NCBI RefSeq assembly: GCF_964204645.1
Contig: NC_134029.1
Coordinates: 10,504,850 to 10,568,849 of the forward strand
DNA from: Tubulanus polymorphus
Lineage: Eukaryota > Animalia > Nemertea
DNA: 64,000 nucleotides
Direction: 5' to 3'
Made by a program: the position numbers and the translations under genes. This document shows, piece by piece, positions 53,501-63,062 of this stretch. The number at the start of each line of letters is the position of its first letter. Within the stretch, counting starts at the first letter, position 1. The notes below the pieces were generated by a model, which saw nothing but the letters and a program-made list of their open reading frames with translations, was not told the origin of the DNA and made no database searches.

Positions 53501-56500
53501 TTGATGTGGTCCTTGAGATGCCAACGGTCGTACTCGAAATGGGACGGGTCGTGAAAAAATTTGATAAGAGTGTGAGAGAGACAGTTATATGTTATTCAGC
53601 AGATGCCAGATGTATGTTACGCTAGTATGGTTGAGTTGGGAAGGAAGATTGGTATGGTAACAGAGTCTGGGTCTGCGATAGGATTGTTGTCTAAAGAAAA
53701 GTTGAAACTTCTGTATTGTCTTGCATCGAGTGAGAAAGATCGGCAGTTACTCACTTATGCTGCAACTGCAAACATATCAGCTTGTCAAGCAAGGAAGATT
53801 TATGGTTTGAATACTTCAGAATTGCACAAGAAAGTTGCTGATAATATAGAGAAAATGAAAGGGATATACTCGGCATACAGTGAACTGACTGAGACTCAGG
53901 ACAAGTTACTACTAAAATCATTTGCCTGGTAGAACAGGCTGCAGAGAAAAGTTCTGACAGTGATTGTGATGAGAGTGATAGCACAATATTGGATACTGAT
54001 TCTAGCGATTCAAAAGGTGAACCATTACCAATTGATTCATCATCATCTGAGGAGGATTACCAAGAAGATCTGACTGAAATTGGTACTGTTCAGGATCCGC
54101 AATTTCTAACTCTTATAAGGGAGAAAAAAGAAAAATTGAAGCAGAAAAAGAAAAGGTTGATTATAGAAAAATAGCTGAGGAGAGGCTCATGCAGCGTTGT
54201 GTGAATACAACTACTAAGAGCATTTTACAAAGACGCCCTGATATAGGAAAACAGTTGGAGCGAATTGTTAGGAGTGCCGGGGTTGGTGCTGATAAGTGGC
54301 ACTCCTCAGGTTCCTTAACCTGGGAGCGACGGCCTGTGGGTCAAAAAATGACTGAAAATGTCGAGATTGAGGGAAGCCATAAGTGAAGAAATTGGAGAAA
54401 AAATTAGCCATGGCGCTTTAGGTCAACTTTGCGTAACACGAAACAAACGATTCCGATCGTCTAAGAGATATAAAGTTGTTGCCAACATATTGTCAAGATG
54501 AGCGAGGAAAGGCTTTGATGTTAAGATAAACATAGATGAACGATGGTCCAACGCTTTGTATAGAGGATTGAATAGTCTTCAAGAAACGGACAACAGTAAC
54601 ATATTGTACATAAATAGAGACGATGCTGCTGGTTTCAGGTTAAATACGTTAACATGTGCCAACAAATTCAAAACATTAATGGTTAAAGGAAGTGAAGACC
54701 TCGCCACAAGGACAGACTTTACAACTAAATATACTGCACAACTCCAGGTAACAAGTTACCATTTCACTGGCTCAAAGACCACAAAAGAATATTATGTTGG
54801 TATTGTGAAGGCAAATTGTCTGAAAATGAAATGTCCCTCTCAGCATGCTCTCAGACATTAGACTGTTGACTGAAATGCCAGAGCTTAAACATGTGTTTTT
54901 CAAACCAGATGGGCAAATGCGCCTCATCGATTCAATACGTGTTGATGGTGGTGGAGACGAGAATCCAGATTTCAACGAACAGCAATTTTTGTGGACTAAA
55001 ATGGTAGAGATGGGAAAACTGGCCACATTTGTAACGACACGATATAGTGGAGGCAGCTACCTCAATAAAGTGAAGCACCTGAACGGCCAACTCAGCAGAG
55101 CCCACGCTAATCTATTCATACCCTCCAACCCACTTGGCTCGAATAAAGATGAGTTAGGAGCATAGGACGAGGAAAAAGTCTGTTCAAATCTGAATGCGGC
55201 TATAGATATATATATATATATCTCAGTGTAATGGTACTCCATTTAAAGACAGCACTATAAAACACTACAAGGCCCGAAAGAAAAACGATTTTATGGAGAG
55301 AAGGCCAATCATGCTCCAATATCTGAAGTTAACTGAGCAAGGAAGGGCAAATTTTACAACATCATTCTCTGAAGACGACAGGGTAACCAAGTGGCTGAAA
55401 CATTGATCCGCGCCTCATGAAGTGAAATTCGTGTTTGGTCTAGCCTGCTGCTTTCAGGCTGGCTGTCCTCATCCCCTGTGTATGAAAAGGATTGGTGACA
55501 AAATAATGAATTACAGATGGTTTGAAACTGGACCAACTCTAGACTTCTTTCCTTGGCCATCCATCGATACAAATAGATCAAGGGAGGAATGCAGGAACTG
55601 AACTGAATGTTATGGGCATTTTAGGACATACAGTGATCTGTTAGTACTTCACACTGAGGGTAGCAATATGGTTCCATATACTCATTTGCCGACATATGTA
55701 ATCAATAGTATCTTCCAGGAAAACATGGATGAGGCTAAAAAATTACGGAAGAGAGACCCTACAGCAGAAATCTCTCTCCGGCAAAAGTTTTGTTTTACTA
55801 TAAACATTTAGTTGAAGTGCATAAGTCTAGGAGGAGGGGAGCTGAGAGAGCGGTAGCCACGAGGGCTGCACGCGCTTCTGATAATATTAAATAGAGATTC
55901 AGATGTACAGTAGACTCCGTCCAAACCAGAACCGGTCTACCCGTTCAATTCAGTGAAATAAAGATACTTTTTCCGTTTGCTACATTGATTTTCACGCTTC
56001 ATTAAACCGTGGAAAAATGAAAGTACCAACTGTACCGGTTTAGGCGGAGTCTTCTGTGCTTGGTTGACTTTGATACATCAATTCAAATTTAAACTATTTG
56101 TCTACTTTCAGTGATGGGTATGAAGAGAATTAAAACTACGTGTGAATGCTGTAGAGTTGATCTCAGGGAATGAGATATATCTATCATGTGTATGACTTCA
56201 TACCTATATGGAAGTTGTACAAATTCAGCTTATTGCCTGTTGTCTGTGCCCTACCCATGTACCTTCTTTACACCATCATTTTAATCTTGAAATTAGGCAT
56301 TCCAGTGCTTTTAGATAATTTAGAACGATAGATTGTTAGAATCCTAAAGAAAGAATTTATGCCTGGAAAATTTTGATCGTCGTGCCATAATTTTTGTTAG
56401 TGCTGATCGTTTTGGGGTGGGTGCAGACAACAGACTGAGCTTCATAAACTAGGTTAAGTCAAATTATAGTCAGTATTCATGTTTCTTATGATTCCCCAGT

Positions 56501-58540
56501 TGTCCATTTTGCTGTTCATTGTGGATAAAGGGCAACTTTGGAAACACTAACGGAATATTCAGTGTATGCAGGTCTGAGTGGATTTCTCTTGCCTCAGTAT
56601 TGTCAATCTATCCACACCAGAACAACAACAAAGTAGACAAATGGGGGAATTGAGCGGTAGTTAGAAAGAGGGGTTCTGTCTCTAATTTTTTATTTCTTTT
56701 ACCTCAATATGTTAAAGTCAGAATATTGTTTTTCTAAGTATGAGAAATGTGAATTCTGAAGTATCAAAAAGGAATGTGAAATTTAAGAGAACATATTTGG
56801 AGATGTATCTGATAATGATAGTTATAGTCTAAGCTACATGTAAGCGGTTATAGTCTAAGCTACACGTAAGCAAAACTAGGGCTTAGGAAATTGGGTTGTT
56901 ATAGTAGTCTGTCCCTACTATATGCATTTAAAACTTTACACTCACCACTGCAGTTTTTGTTATCGATTTAACTCGTACTGTATATTTTATACAAATTTTA
57001 TTACTTGGCAGGCCTAGTTATTTCTTGATAGTGGAGGCCGTATCATTCCTGTCCATGTACTTTGTTTATCTACAGAAAACTGCATAAAGGGTTGATAATC
57101 CATTTTTTATTTTTAATAAAGTTAATTGATATTATACCTACTCGTTCTAAGTGACTTAACTGCTGGCGAGTGACGACGCATCTGTAGAATTTTGCCATTA
57201 TTCCCTCCCCCTTCGATCTGACTGGGGACAGACATGCTTTTTGCTCTTGGCTTTTTAGAATTTGAAGCAGAAAGGATGAGGCTGGTTGTTTATAATTATT
57301 TATTATTTTTCCAAATATATTGATACCTAAGCATATTTTGTCACCACAATCAATTGGAAAGTTGTATGACATGATCTATGATTGTGGTGAGTTTAAAGGT
57401 CTATAGTTATTCTATATGGTCACCAGGGGGCGTTGAATAGTAGAATAACTTAGTATTTCTTTATTATATTGGTACCTAGGGATATTTTGCTACCATGATC
57501 GATTGCAAAGTTGTAGCTCATGACATGTTCTATGATTGGGGTGAGTTTCAAGGTTATTGGTTATTGGTTTTGCATCTGGTCACCAGGGAGCGTTGAATAG
57601 TAGAATAACTTTATATTTCCATATCAAATTGGTAACTAGGCATATTTTTTCATCACAATTAATTACAATATTGTGTAGCTGCTGACATGTTCTATGATTT
57701 TGGTGAGTTTCAAGGTCTTTGGTTATTGTATATGGTCACCAGGGGGCATTGAATAGTGAAATTGTTAGATTGTTGAGCATTTGAAACCACTTCCCAAGTG
57801 GGCATGGTGTCCCTGGACCCCTAGTTATAAGTTGTGCTACCATCGACAGTGTCCCTGGATCTGCCCTGGTGTCCCTGGACGCCTAGTTTTGGATAGCATC
57901 CCAGATCATTTCATTCTGATATCACCACTTGTATAAACCAGATATTTAGAATCACAATGAAAATGCTAATATCTACATCTAAATGCAGGATTGAAAGATG
58001 CTGTTCAAGTGACTGGAGCACGTGGATATGCGCCTTCTCATCATTATAAAGTATGTGCTACGTATGCAGATGGCTATCGAGCTACAGCAGTAGCTTGTAT
58101 TGGTGGAATGAGAAGTAGAGAAAAAGGTCATAAGACAGCCCAAGCAATACTCAAACGGTAAAACATTATACTGGAGGAAGCTTGATGATATTTCTAGTCC
58201 CTGCAGAAATATATTGTAATTGCACAGCTTTGAATCTGAAAAAATAAGAAGTACTTTATTCATTTAATTGTCTGCAACTTTCCCTCTATGGTGTAAATCA
58301 GTTTTGTAATTTGCCTGTAAAAATGTTTGTTTTTTCACTGAACCTTCTACCTTGAATTATATATTCTATGTGGCACCATTTCTTGATCGCAAGGGAACTT
58401 GATAAAACATAATAATCATTTTTTATAGAATGAGAGGCATCTATAAACAACTTGGTTTGAAAGATTTTCAAAGGGTGAATATTCAAATTCTTGGAACAAC
58501 AGATAGTTATTTTCAGGAAAACAAATCATCACATTCCAAA
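2438..58540 (+). CDS. atuA: AtuA/DUF1446-like (acyclic terpene utilisation family) host gene, 8 internal exons, partial at both ends
   Basis: Spliced translation contains [108 protein letters not shown]. All junctions are GT-AG with matching phases. Confidence 0.9.
3583..3738. repeat. 156-bp foldback / small MITE
   Basis: 29-bp perfect inverted termini tagagtaattggtaatgtcttgtttcaag; arms pair imperfectly up to a ~10-nt loop. Confidence 0.85.
4031..4569 (+). pseudogene. AT-rich virus/Polinton-like gene, frameshifted; C-terminal CxCGGKY..H..KH motif
   Basis: ORF 4031-4486 continues in a shifted frame from 4441: [42 protein letters not shown] (stop 4567-4569). Confidence 0.5.
4741..4947 (+). 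CDS. Small single-TM protein (68 aa), virus/Polinton-like
   Basis: Intronless ATG ORF after T-rich leader and TAAATG; hydrophobic [15 protein letters not shown] then basic coiled segment. Confidence 0.4.
   Translation: MDGFIPTGKSDLKHYLVAGGLILAVLYFYYEHISKDLMNENIKLSKKLKKLNGNNHRNKRVIEYPSHI
5031..5948 (-). mobile_element. 3' LTR of a minus-strand LTR retrotransposon
   Basis: TGTCGTGC...GCATGACA inverted ends; polypurine tract (minus AAGGGGGTGA) abuts 5949; internal duplication ~5085-5165 / ~5493-5570. Confidence 0.75.
5949..6600 (-). pseudogene. 3' internal remnant of LTR element: env C-terminal extension module (signal peptide-TM-cytosolic domain), frameshifted
   Basis: ORFs 6337-6600 and 6054-6359 align by hand with the C-terminal part of the env at 24277-24870. 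Confidence 0.7.
9300..9710 (+). pseudogene. Degraded CR1-like RT fragment
   Basis: [16 protein letters not shown] and [10 protein letters not shown] motifs in broken frames. Confidence 0.65.
10215..10544. mobile_element. GC-rich MITE, Harbinger-like ends
   Basis: Imperfect TIRs aagccggacgtaggtcggccttg / caaggccgacgcacccccggctt. Confidence 0.6.
12246..12806 (-). mobile_element. HINE/DINE-like family B copy (internally deleted) inserted in array unit 3
   Basis: Absent from the paralogous site at ~7295; reverse complement of the elements at 43373 and 60857; inserted in an A/T run with no TSD. Confidence 0.85.
14100..14410. repeat. ~87-bp tandem repeat, 3-4 copies
   Basis: ggaactcacgta.ggttaacctg.ggatatcaccgtacagtcacgtac recurs at ~14122, 14209, 14295; inverted relative to 13850-13920. 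Confidence 0.8.
15845..15936 (+). CDS. AtuA-like exon (GYQLDEK...SVNAYLG)
   Basis: ttttAG acceptor, GG|GTAAGT donor, 92 nt, phase 0 to 2. Confidence 0.9.
17165..17264 (+). CDS. AtuA-like exon ([24 protein letters not shown]...MHK)
   Basis: tgtAG acceptor, AAA|GTAGGT donor, 100 nt, phase 2 to 0. Confidence 0.93.
17364..17407 (+). CDS. AtuA-like exon ([15 protein letters not shown])
   Basis: ttttAG acceptor, AG|GTAGG donor, 44 nt, phase 0 to 2. Confidence 0.9.
17497..20580 (-). mobile_element. RTE-X/CR1-like non-LTR retrotransposon, degraded (PHD remnant-APE-RT)
   Basis: [53 protein letters not shown] motifs; (CAAGAT)n 3' tail at ~17497-17518; frameshifts and an RT deletion. Confidence 0.9.
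20719..21034 (+). mobile_element. tRNA-derived SINE with Deu/Nin-like core and L2-type tail
   Basis: A box TGGCCGAGCGG, B box GGTTCGAACCC, core ctccacccaggagtaaatgggtacc, tail aagcgctctgag...gcgctatataag(ATT)n; possible CATTAG TSD. Confidence 0.85.
21359..21680. mobile_element. PIF/Harbinger-type MITE
   Basis: 15-bp TIR agccgcgatcacacg, 3-bp TAT duplication. Confidence 0.75.
23432..23975 (-). mobile_element. 3' LTR of env-bearing Gypsy element
   Basis: TGTAA...TTACA ends; PPT (minus TGGGGGAGAA) adjacent at 23976-23985. Left boundary less certain. Confidence 0.7.
26201..27160 (+). mobile_element. Internally deleted hAT-like element with BED-type zinc finger ORF (26655-27152)
   Basis: 12-bp TIR CAGAGATGCTAG, 6-bp TSD TATGCA; FNWHWL..AYCVVC..ILRH..SARH. 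Confidence 0.8.
27190..27425. repeat. ~30-bp tandem subterminal repeat
   Basis: ttttggttttgtcgcccgcgacaattcaa, about 7 copies. Confidence 0.9.
27649..28043. mobile_element. Second IS3EU-like MITE nested in the first
   Basis: TACGG...CCGTA termini, ~100-bp TIR, 6-bp TSD TATATG (27643-27648 / 28044-28049). Confidence 0.8.
29047..32140 (-). pseudogene. Gypsy pol: RT-RNaseH-integrase-chromodomain, degraded and 5'-truncated
   Basis: [87 protein letters not shown]. Confidence 0.92.
32150..33420 (-). pseudogene. Bel/Pao integrase fragment
   Basis: [43 protein letters not shown] motifs. Confidence 0.7.
34017..34371 (+). pseudogene. Harbinger transposase N-terminal fragment
   Basis: W..SWI..R...[33 protein letters not shown] in broken frames. 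Confidence 0.65.
36053..37269 (+). pseudogene. THAP + DDE_Tnp_4-type transposase, truncated by L2 insertion
   Basis: [25 protein letters not shown] (THAP); [43 protein letters not shown]. Confidence 0.88.
37270..39746 (-). mobile_element. L2-type LINE, 5'-truncated
   Basis: [55 protein letters not shown]; 3' aagcgcttt..gcgctatataaat(TAA)n. Confidence 0.93.
40056..41830 (-). pseudogene. SWIM + YqaJ-like (lambda exonuclease fold) gene of the ISL2EU-like element
   Basis: SCSCVAG...CNHV; [11 protein letters not shown]; [11 protein letters not shown]; YGREWE; [15 protein letters not shown]; [17 protein letters not shown]. Confidence 0.88.
43373..44620 (+). mobile_element. HINE/DINE-like family B, full copy
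   Basis: 5' subTIR/stem cccacttgggact..agcgggct, (GTCC)n, ~150-bp internal tandem repeats, 3' ttcccaagtgggc + hairpin + CTAGT, T-run target. Confidence 0.85.
46324..46401 (+). CDS. AtuA-like exon ([20 protein letters not shown]...)
   Basis: ttttAG acceptor, TG|GTAGG donor, 78 nt, phase 2 to 2. Confidence 0.93.
47168..47364 (+). CDS. AtuA-like exon ([10 protein letters not shown]...[10 protein letters not shown]...KEIE)
   Basis: ggtAG acceptor, G|GTAAAC donor, 197 nt, phase 2 to 1. Confidence 0.93.
47511..47859. mobile_element. Academ-like MITE
   Basis: TIR taggccatcccaaa, 3-bp AAT duplication. Confidence 0.65.
49290..49795. mobile_element. piggyBac-type MITE
   Basis: TTAA|CCTCTTC.CTACCA ... 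TGGTAGGGAAGAGG|TTAA; a related end occurs at ~59833-59920. Confidence 0.75.
50203..51185 (+). mobile_element. HINE family B 5' half carrying a nested HINE family C (~50293-50937)
   Basis: Family B sequence resumes at ~50938; nested element has tgtcccccgcg/cgcgggggaca subTIRs, (GTCC)n and ~150-bp ggtcaaggtcac repeats. Confidence 0.8.
52740..55900 (+). pseudogene. Large degraded DDE transposase, Zator/TP36-related
   Basis: Chained ORF fragments with [54 protein letters not shown]; resembles Zator DGGPDENP; acceptor at 52739. Confidence 0.55.
55908..56056. mobile_element. Tc1/mariner-type MITE
   Basis: TA|CAGTAGACTCCG.C.AAACC ... GGTTTAGGCGGAGTCTTCTG. Confidence 0.6.
57315..57825 (+). mobile_element. 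HINE family B 3' half
   Basis: Same ~150-bp repeats and 3' end as 43373-44620; extra end duplication at ~57849-57887. Confidence 0.85.
57989..58157 (+). CDS. AtuA-like exon ([12 protein letters not shown]...KTAQAILKR)
   Basis: tgcAG acceptor, CG|GTAAA donor, 169 nt, phase 1 to 2. Confidence 0.9.
58429..58540 (+). CDS. AtuA-like exon ([13 protein letters not shown]...SHSK)
   Basis: ttttatAG acceptor, AAA|GTAAGT donor, 112 nt, phase 2 to 0. Confidence 0.88.
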
Positions 58541-59039
58541 GTAAGTTCAGTATACCATCTATGGTATAGATTTTTATTGCTATATGGAGCGAATTTAAAG
58601 GACATGGTTTCCCGATGAAAGGTATTTTCAATGTGCAACTAAGCATATATTCATACAGACTGTTCACTAATGCATAATCCATTCTCCATTTGCTAGGAGG
58701 CTGAATTTTGAAAAAAAGGGCTTTATTTTGATTTACAGGGGGTTTTCCCAAAAATCTGAATGCAAAAATATCAGTTTTAAGGGCCTTAAAAATTTTTTCT
58801 AATTGTATACCCATATGGTATCATCTACTGTTTTTATTTCTAGGTTTCATTTTAAGATTAAAAAAATGTATTTCAAATTTAATTTCTGTGAACTCATTAG
58901 TTGATTTGTTTTTCAGAGGACTTTTAATTTGCTCTACTGAAAATTTATCCATTATGATTGAGCAAGAGGTCAGGGGAAAAATAGCTTTTTCTCAAATCAA
59001 CATTCAGAATTAAACAACAACTTTTACTAAAGTTGTTTT

Positions 59040-59250
59040 TGTTTTCATTCATGAGCGATAGTTTACTCAGCATACGCTCGCGTAATGCTGAAAAGTCCGC
59101 TGTGCGGACGCTCGGATACGTTATAGTGACGTCATCGCTGCTCATTAGCATATCAAAATACAGTAGGTGGCGCCACGTGATGGGCCATAAAAGCCGTTTT
59201 TCAGCATTACGCGAGCATATGCTAGGTTAACTATCGCTGATAGATGAAAA
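59040..59250. repeat. Internal inverted repeat of a probable MITE
   Basis: agcgatagttta..agcata.gctcgcgtaatgctgaaaa mirrored at ~59196-59238. Confidence 0.7.
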
Positions 59251-60856
59251 TACAAACAAATCTATGCCACTTCATGATTTATTTCTGAATGCAAATTCCT
59301 TACTGAACAAATTGATGCTTAATATTTAGAGATAAACTGACTATTAACGAAATTACGGACCAAAACGTCGCACGGAGAGCAGGTGTGACAGACAGTAGGC
59401 ATGTATTACCTTGATGTGCTTATTTAGGATCCGCCAAAACCGTCCAAAATTAGTTCATTTTCGATGAGCTTTGGACTGGATTTTTAGATTCCAGAATCCA
59501 TACATTATCACAGGACCCACCAAATATACAATACTTTTATTATTCTACTCAAATAGAGTTTTCATGAATGATTGAATCATCTATGAGAAAAATTGCACAT
59601 GTTTGACCAACCTCTTCTAGCCAACCTGGTGGATCCTTGCCTTCGATTGCCGCAGTAGCTCTGCAGGTACCCCCTTAGCCATGTGATTTGAATTACACAT
59701 TCAATCAAGTTTTTAAATCAATGATACAAAACAGATAAACCAATGTTTTTGTTCCTGCCATCTCCCCCTCTGAGATACTTAAAACACATGATTGTACTGT
59801 GTAGATTATATTGAAGCAGAAAGTGTATTTAACCTTTTCATTACCACTTGTGACGTAAATTTACGTCGCAAATAATGACCTTCTCTCAGCATGCATGGCG
59901 TAGATTCAAGTCGCAGATGTATGCAGACCTGCCAACTGTTACGATTTTCCCGTAATCATTACGGATTGACGGCACAAATTACAGTGTTACGAGTGGGTGT
60001 TCTAAAATACGATTTTAGTCTGTTTTCATAACGTTTTACGACAAACTCAAGCGTTGTTTCTTTTAAAATGTGTCGCAAAAGAAGTTAAAACATAAAGATT
60101 TTATTATCGGAAACAAAAATAAGAGTCCTTTAGTGCGCATTCTGCTAGTTGATATACGCGCCAAGCATCCAATAAATGGCACTGTGTTGACACAAACTGC
60201 TGGAATACATGTGTCTTCCTGCATGCACTCAACACTGTAAATCTTTCAGCTGGCTGTCACCGGTGCAACCTACTACTATTGATCTATTGTATATACTCTC
60301 TTGCATGCCTTTTAAAAGATACAGCATATACTGCTGTAAAAATAACAGCGACGCTTGCAGGCGTTGAATCATTTCTTGGAAGTGACCCGAATTAAGTTAA
60401 TTTATTTGTATATCAATCCATGATTCTGCTTTATTTATTAGGTCAAAATGAAAAATAAATTAGAAAAAAAATTTGTTAACAACGACCTCTCACCGCCAAC
60501 CAGTGGCATCGGTTCTCTTGCTGTTATCAGTGTATCTGTTATAAGTAATGTTGGCTACTGCGATCCCAAAAACCGTAAAGTTTCCCAAGTCTCCGTTCTA
60601 GCTAACGCATGCGCATAAGTCAGTGCTGGGAATTGCTCTTAGTCGAGAAATCGGCACAATGCGCATGCGGCACTACATGTGAACTGCATGTGAACTTTAA
60701 TGACTACAAGTCGCTGTAATTTCCATTAGGTTCGAATCCCGTAAAAATATTGATCTTATTTACGCTGGTTCATCTTATAAGCGGGGCTATCAGGTTCAAA
60801 ACCCGAATATTACTGATCGTATTTCAAGCGTGTAACAGAAAAATACATTCATCCTT

Positions 60857-62120
60857 TTTAGCCCACTTGGGACTTTAGTCCAAGCGGGCTATTGCGTTCA
60901 CTTTTCGTCCGTGGTCCGTCCGTCCTTTCGTCCGTCCGTAGACGGAATCCAGTTATTTTGGGAAGATTTGAAGACGCTTCAAGGTAATGTCTTGATCTTT
61001 GGGTTACACATGTATCTACCCTAGACACATCTTCAGCCCAAAAACTGGCCCTGTCAGATTCAAGATGGCCGACTGGCAGCCATTGTTGTTCGCCTTTTTA
61101 CACATTTTTGAACTTTTTGAGGGAAATTTTGAAGACACTTTGATCGATTACCTTGATCTTTCGGATATATGTGAATTCCCCCAGGGCCCATCAGCAAAAC
61201 AAAAATTGGGTCGATCAGACTCAAGATGGCCATCCTATGACCTTTTTAGTGCCCAAAAATGTTAATTTTGGCCCAAATTCTGAGTCCTGTAGCTTCCTAC
61301 TGGTTTATCATTTCTCATTGCAATTTGTGATGGGTATTCTTTGGAAAGGGATGTTTTATACCTGAGACAGGTATTTTTCATCAGCCAATTATGACGCAAT
61401 TGGCGGCCACCTTGGTGTCGGCAGTACTCATTCGTAAGTTGGAAAAAGTTTTTCCACATTATATTGATACCTAAGCGTATTTTGTTACCACAATCGTTTA
61501 GAAAATTGTAGCTCATTACGTGTTCTATGATTGTGGTGAGTTTCAAGGTCATTGGTTTTTGTATATGGCCACCAGGGGGCGTTGAATAATGCAATATCTT
61601 AGTATTTCTATATTATATTCGTATCAATGCATATTTTGTAACCACAATCAATTGCAAAGTTGTAGCTCATGACATCATCTATGATTGTTGCAAGTTTTAA
61701 GGCCATTAGTTATTCTATATGGTCACCAGGGGGCGTTGAATAGTAGAATAACTTAGTATTTCCTTATTATATTGGTACCTAGGCACATTTTGTTACCATG
61801 ATCAATTACAAAGTTATAGTTCGTGACATGTTCTATGATTATGGTGAGTCTCAAGGTCATTGGGTTTTGAATATGGTCACCAGGGGGCGTTGAATAGTAG
61901 AATAACTTAGTATTTCCATATTTAAGTGGTAACGAGGCATATTTTGTTATCACAATCAATTACAAAATCGTAGCTGCTGACATGTTCTATGATTGTGGTG
62001 AGTTTCAAGGTCATTGGATTCTGTATATGGTCACCAGGGGGCCTTGAATATTGAAATTGTTAGATTGTTGAGCATTTGGAACCACTTCCCAAGTGGGCAT
62101 GGTGTCCCTGGACCCCTAGT
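60857..62120 (+). mobile_element. HINE/DINE-like family B, full copy
   Basis: Colinear with 43373-44620 including both ends. Confidence 0.87.
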
Positions 62121-62209
62121 TAATATACCGATATATATGTTATATTTTCAGCTTACGGCAAGACCACTTGAACACCTGTCATCCCCAAAAATAAAAATGA
62201 TCCTCTTAA

Positions 62210-62482
62210 CCCTTTCAGTGCGTCTACAGCGCAATGCGATGTATAAATTGGTGATGGATTTTGCTAGTGTACTGCAGTGTATTGATGTAATTAGTATTTA
62301 GTTTAATATCTCTATTCAAAGATGGCAGCACCTGTCAAACATGAAATATAAGTAACTAACAACACACCGCACCGCGGTGTAGAAACACTTTTCCCGTTAT
62401 TCAACACACTAGGGTGGGATTTTTCAAAATTTTCAAATTTTCTCCAGCGTAATAGGGTAATAATAAGTCGGCACTGGAAGGG
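62210..62482. mobile_element. piggyBac-type MITE
   Basis: TTAA|CCCTTTCAGTGC ... GCACTGGAAGGG|TTAA; related internal sequence at ~16998-17072. Confidence 0.78.
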
Positions 62483-63062
62483 TTAAGTGACCAAACAAAC
62501 TGCACCTTCCCGCTGCGCAAAAGTTCTCGCAGGTTCATTCCGTTATACAAGTTCCATAGAAACAAAAACAGTACAAATCTCATTTTTCTAATGAGTAATA
62601 TATATTCATTAAGTGAACGTTTTCGGGAGTTACATTATCCGCTCTTCAGGCATAGCGCAAGTGATTAAATTTACATATCATACTGTATGGTATTTATATA
62701 GAATAAGACAAAGCTAATTACAAACGATTTCAAATTACTGAGTGATAATTACAATACAAAGATAATTAATTTTTGTCAATTTTTTCTAAATTTGGATTGA
62801 TCGCCAATGGTTTTTCTATATGACCTAGCCCTGCGGTATTGCATTTAGCCACCGGCGAAATCCGCCATCTTTTTTCTTGGTGTTCTTGTATATGAACGCG
62901 TCGGATTTTTTCGCCAAAAAATCAAAGGGATTAGGAAGTTGAGGGAGTAATCACTCTCGTAACGGTGAGTCTGTTCGGTTTGGGGGCTATCCCTTGTTTC
63001 TTTTTTCCCGAAATAATTAAACTAATTTAATTCAATTTAATTTAATTCATTTGACCGATTAA

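Noticed and set aside
2438-58540. Bacterial contamination or recent transfer of atuA
   Set aside because: Canonical spliceosomal introns full of animal TEs.
43655-62301. Recurring '[22 protein letters not shown]' ORFs
   Set aside because: Translations of the non-coding ~150-bp HINE repeat with inconsistent frames.
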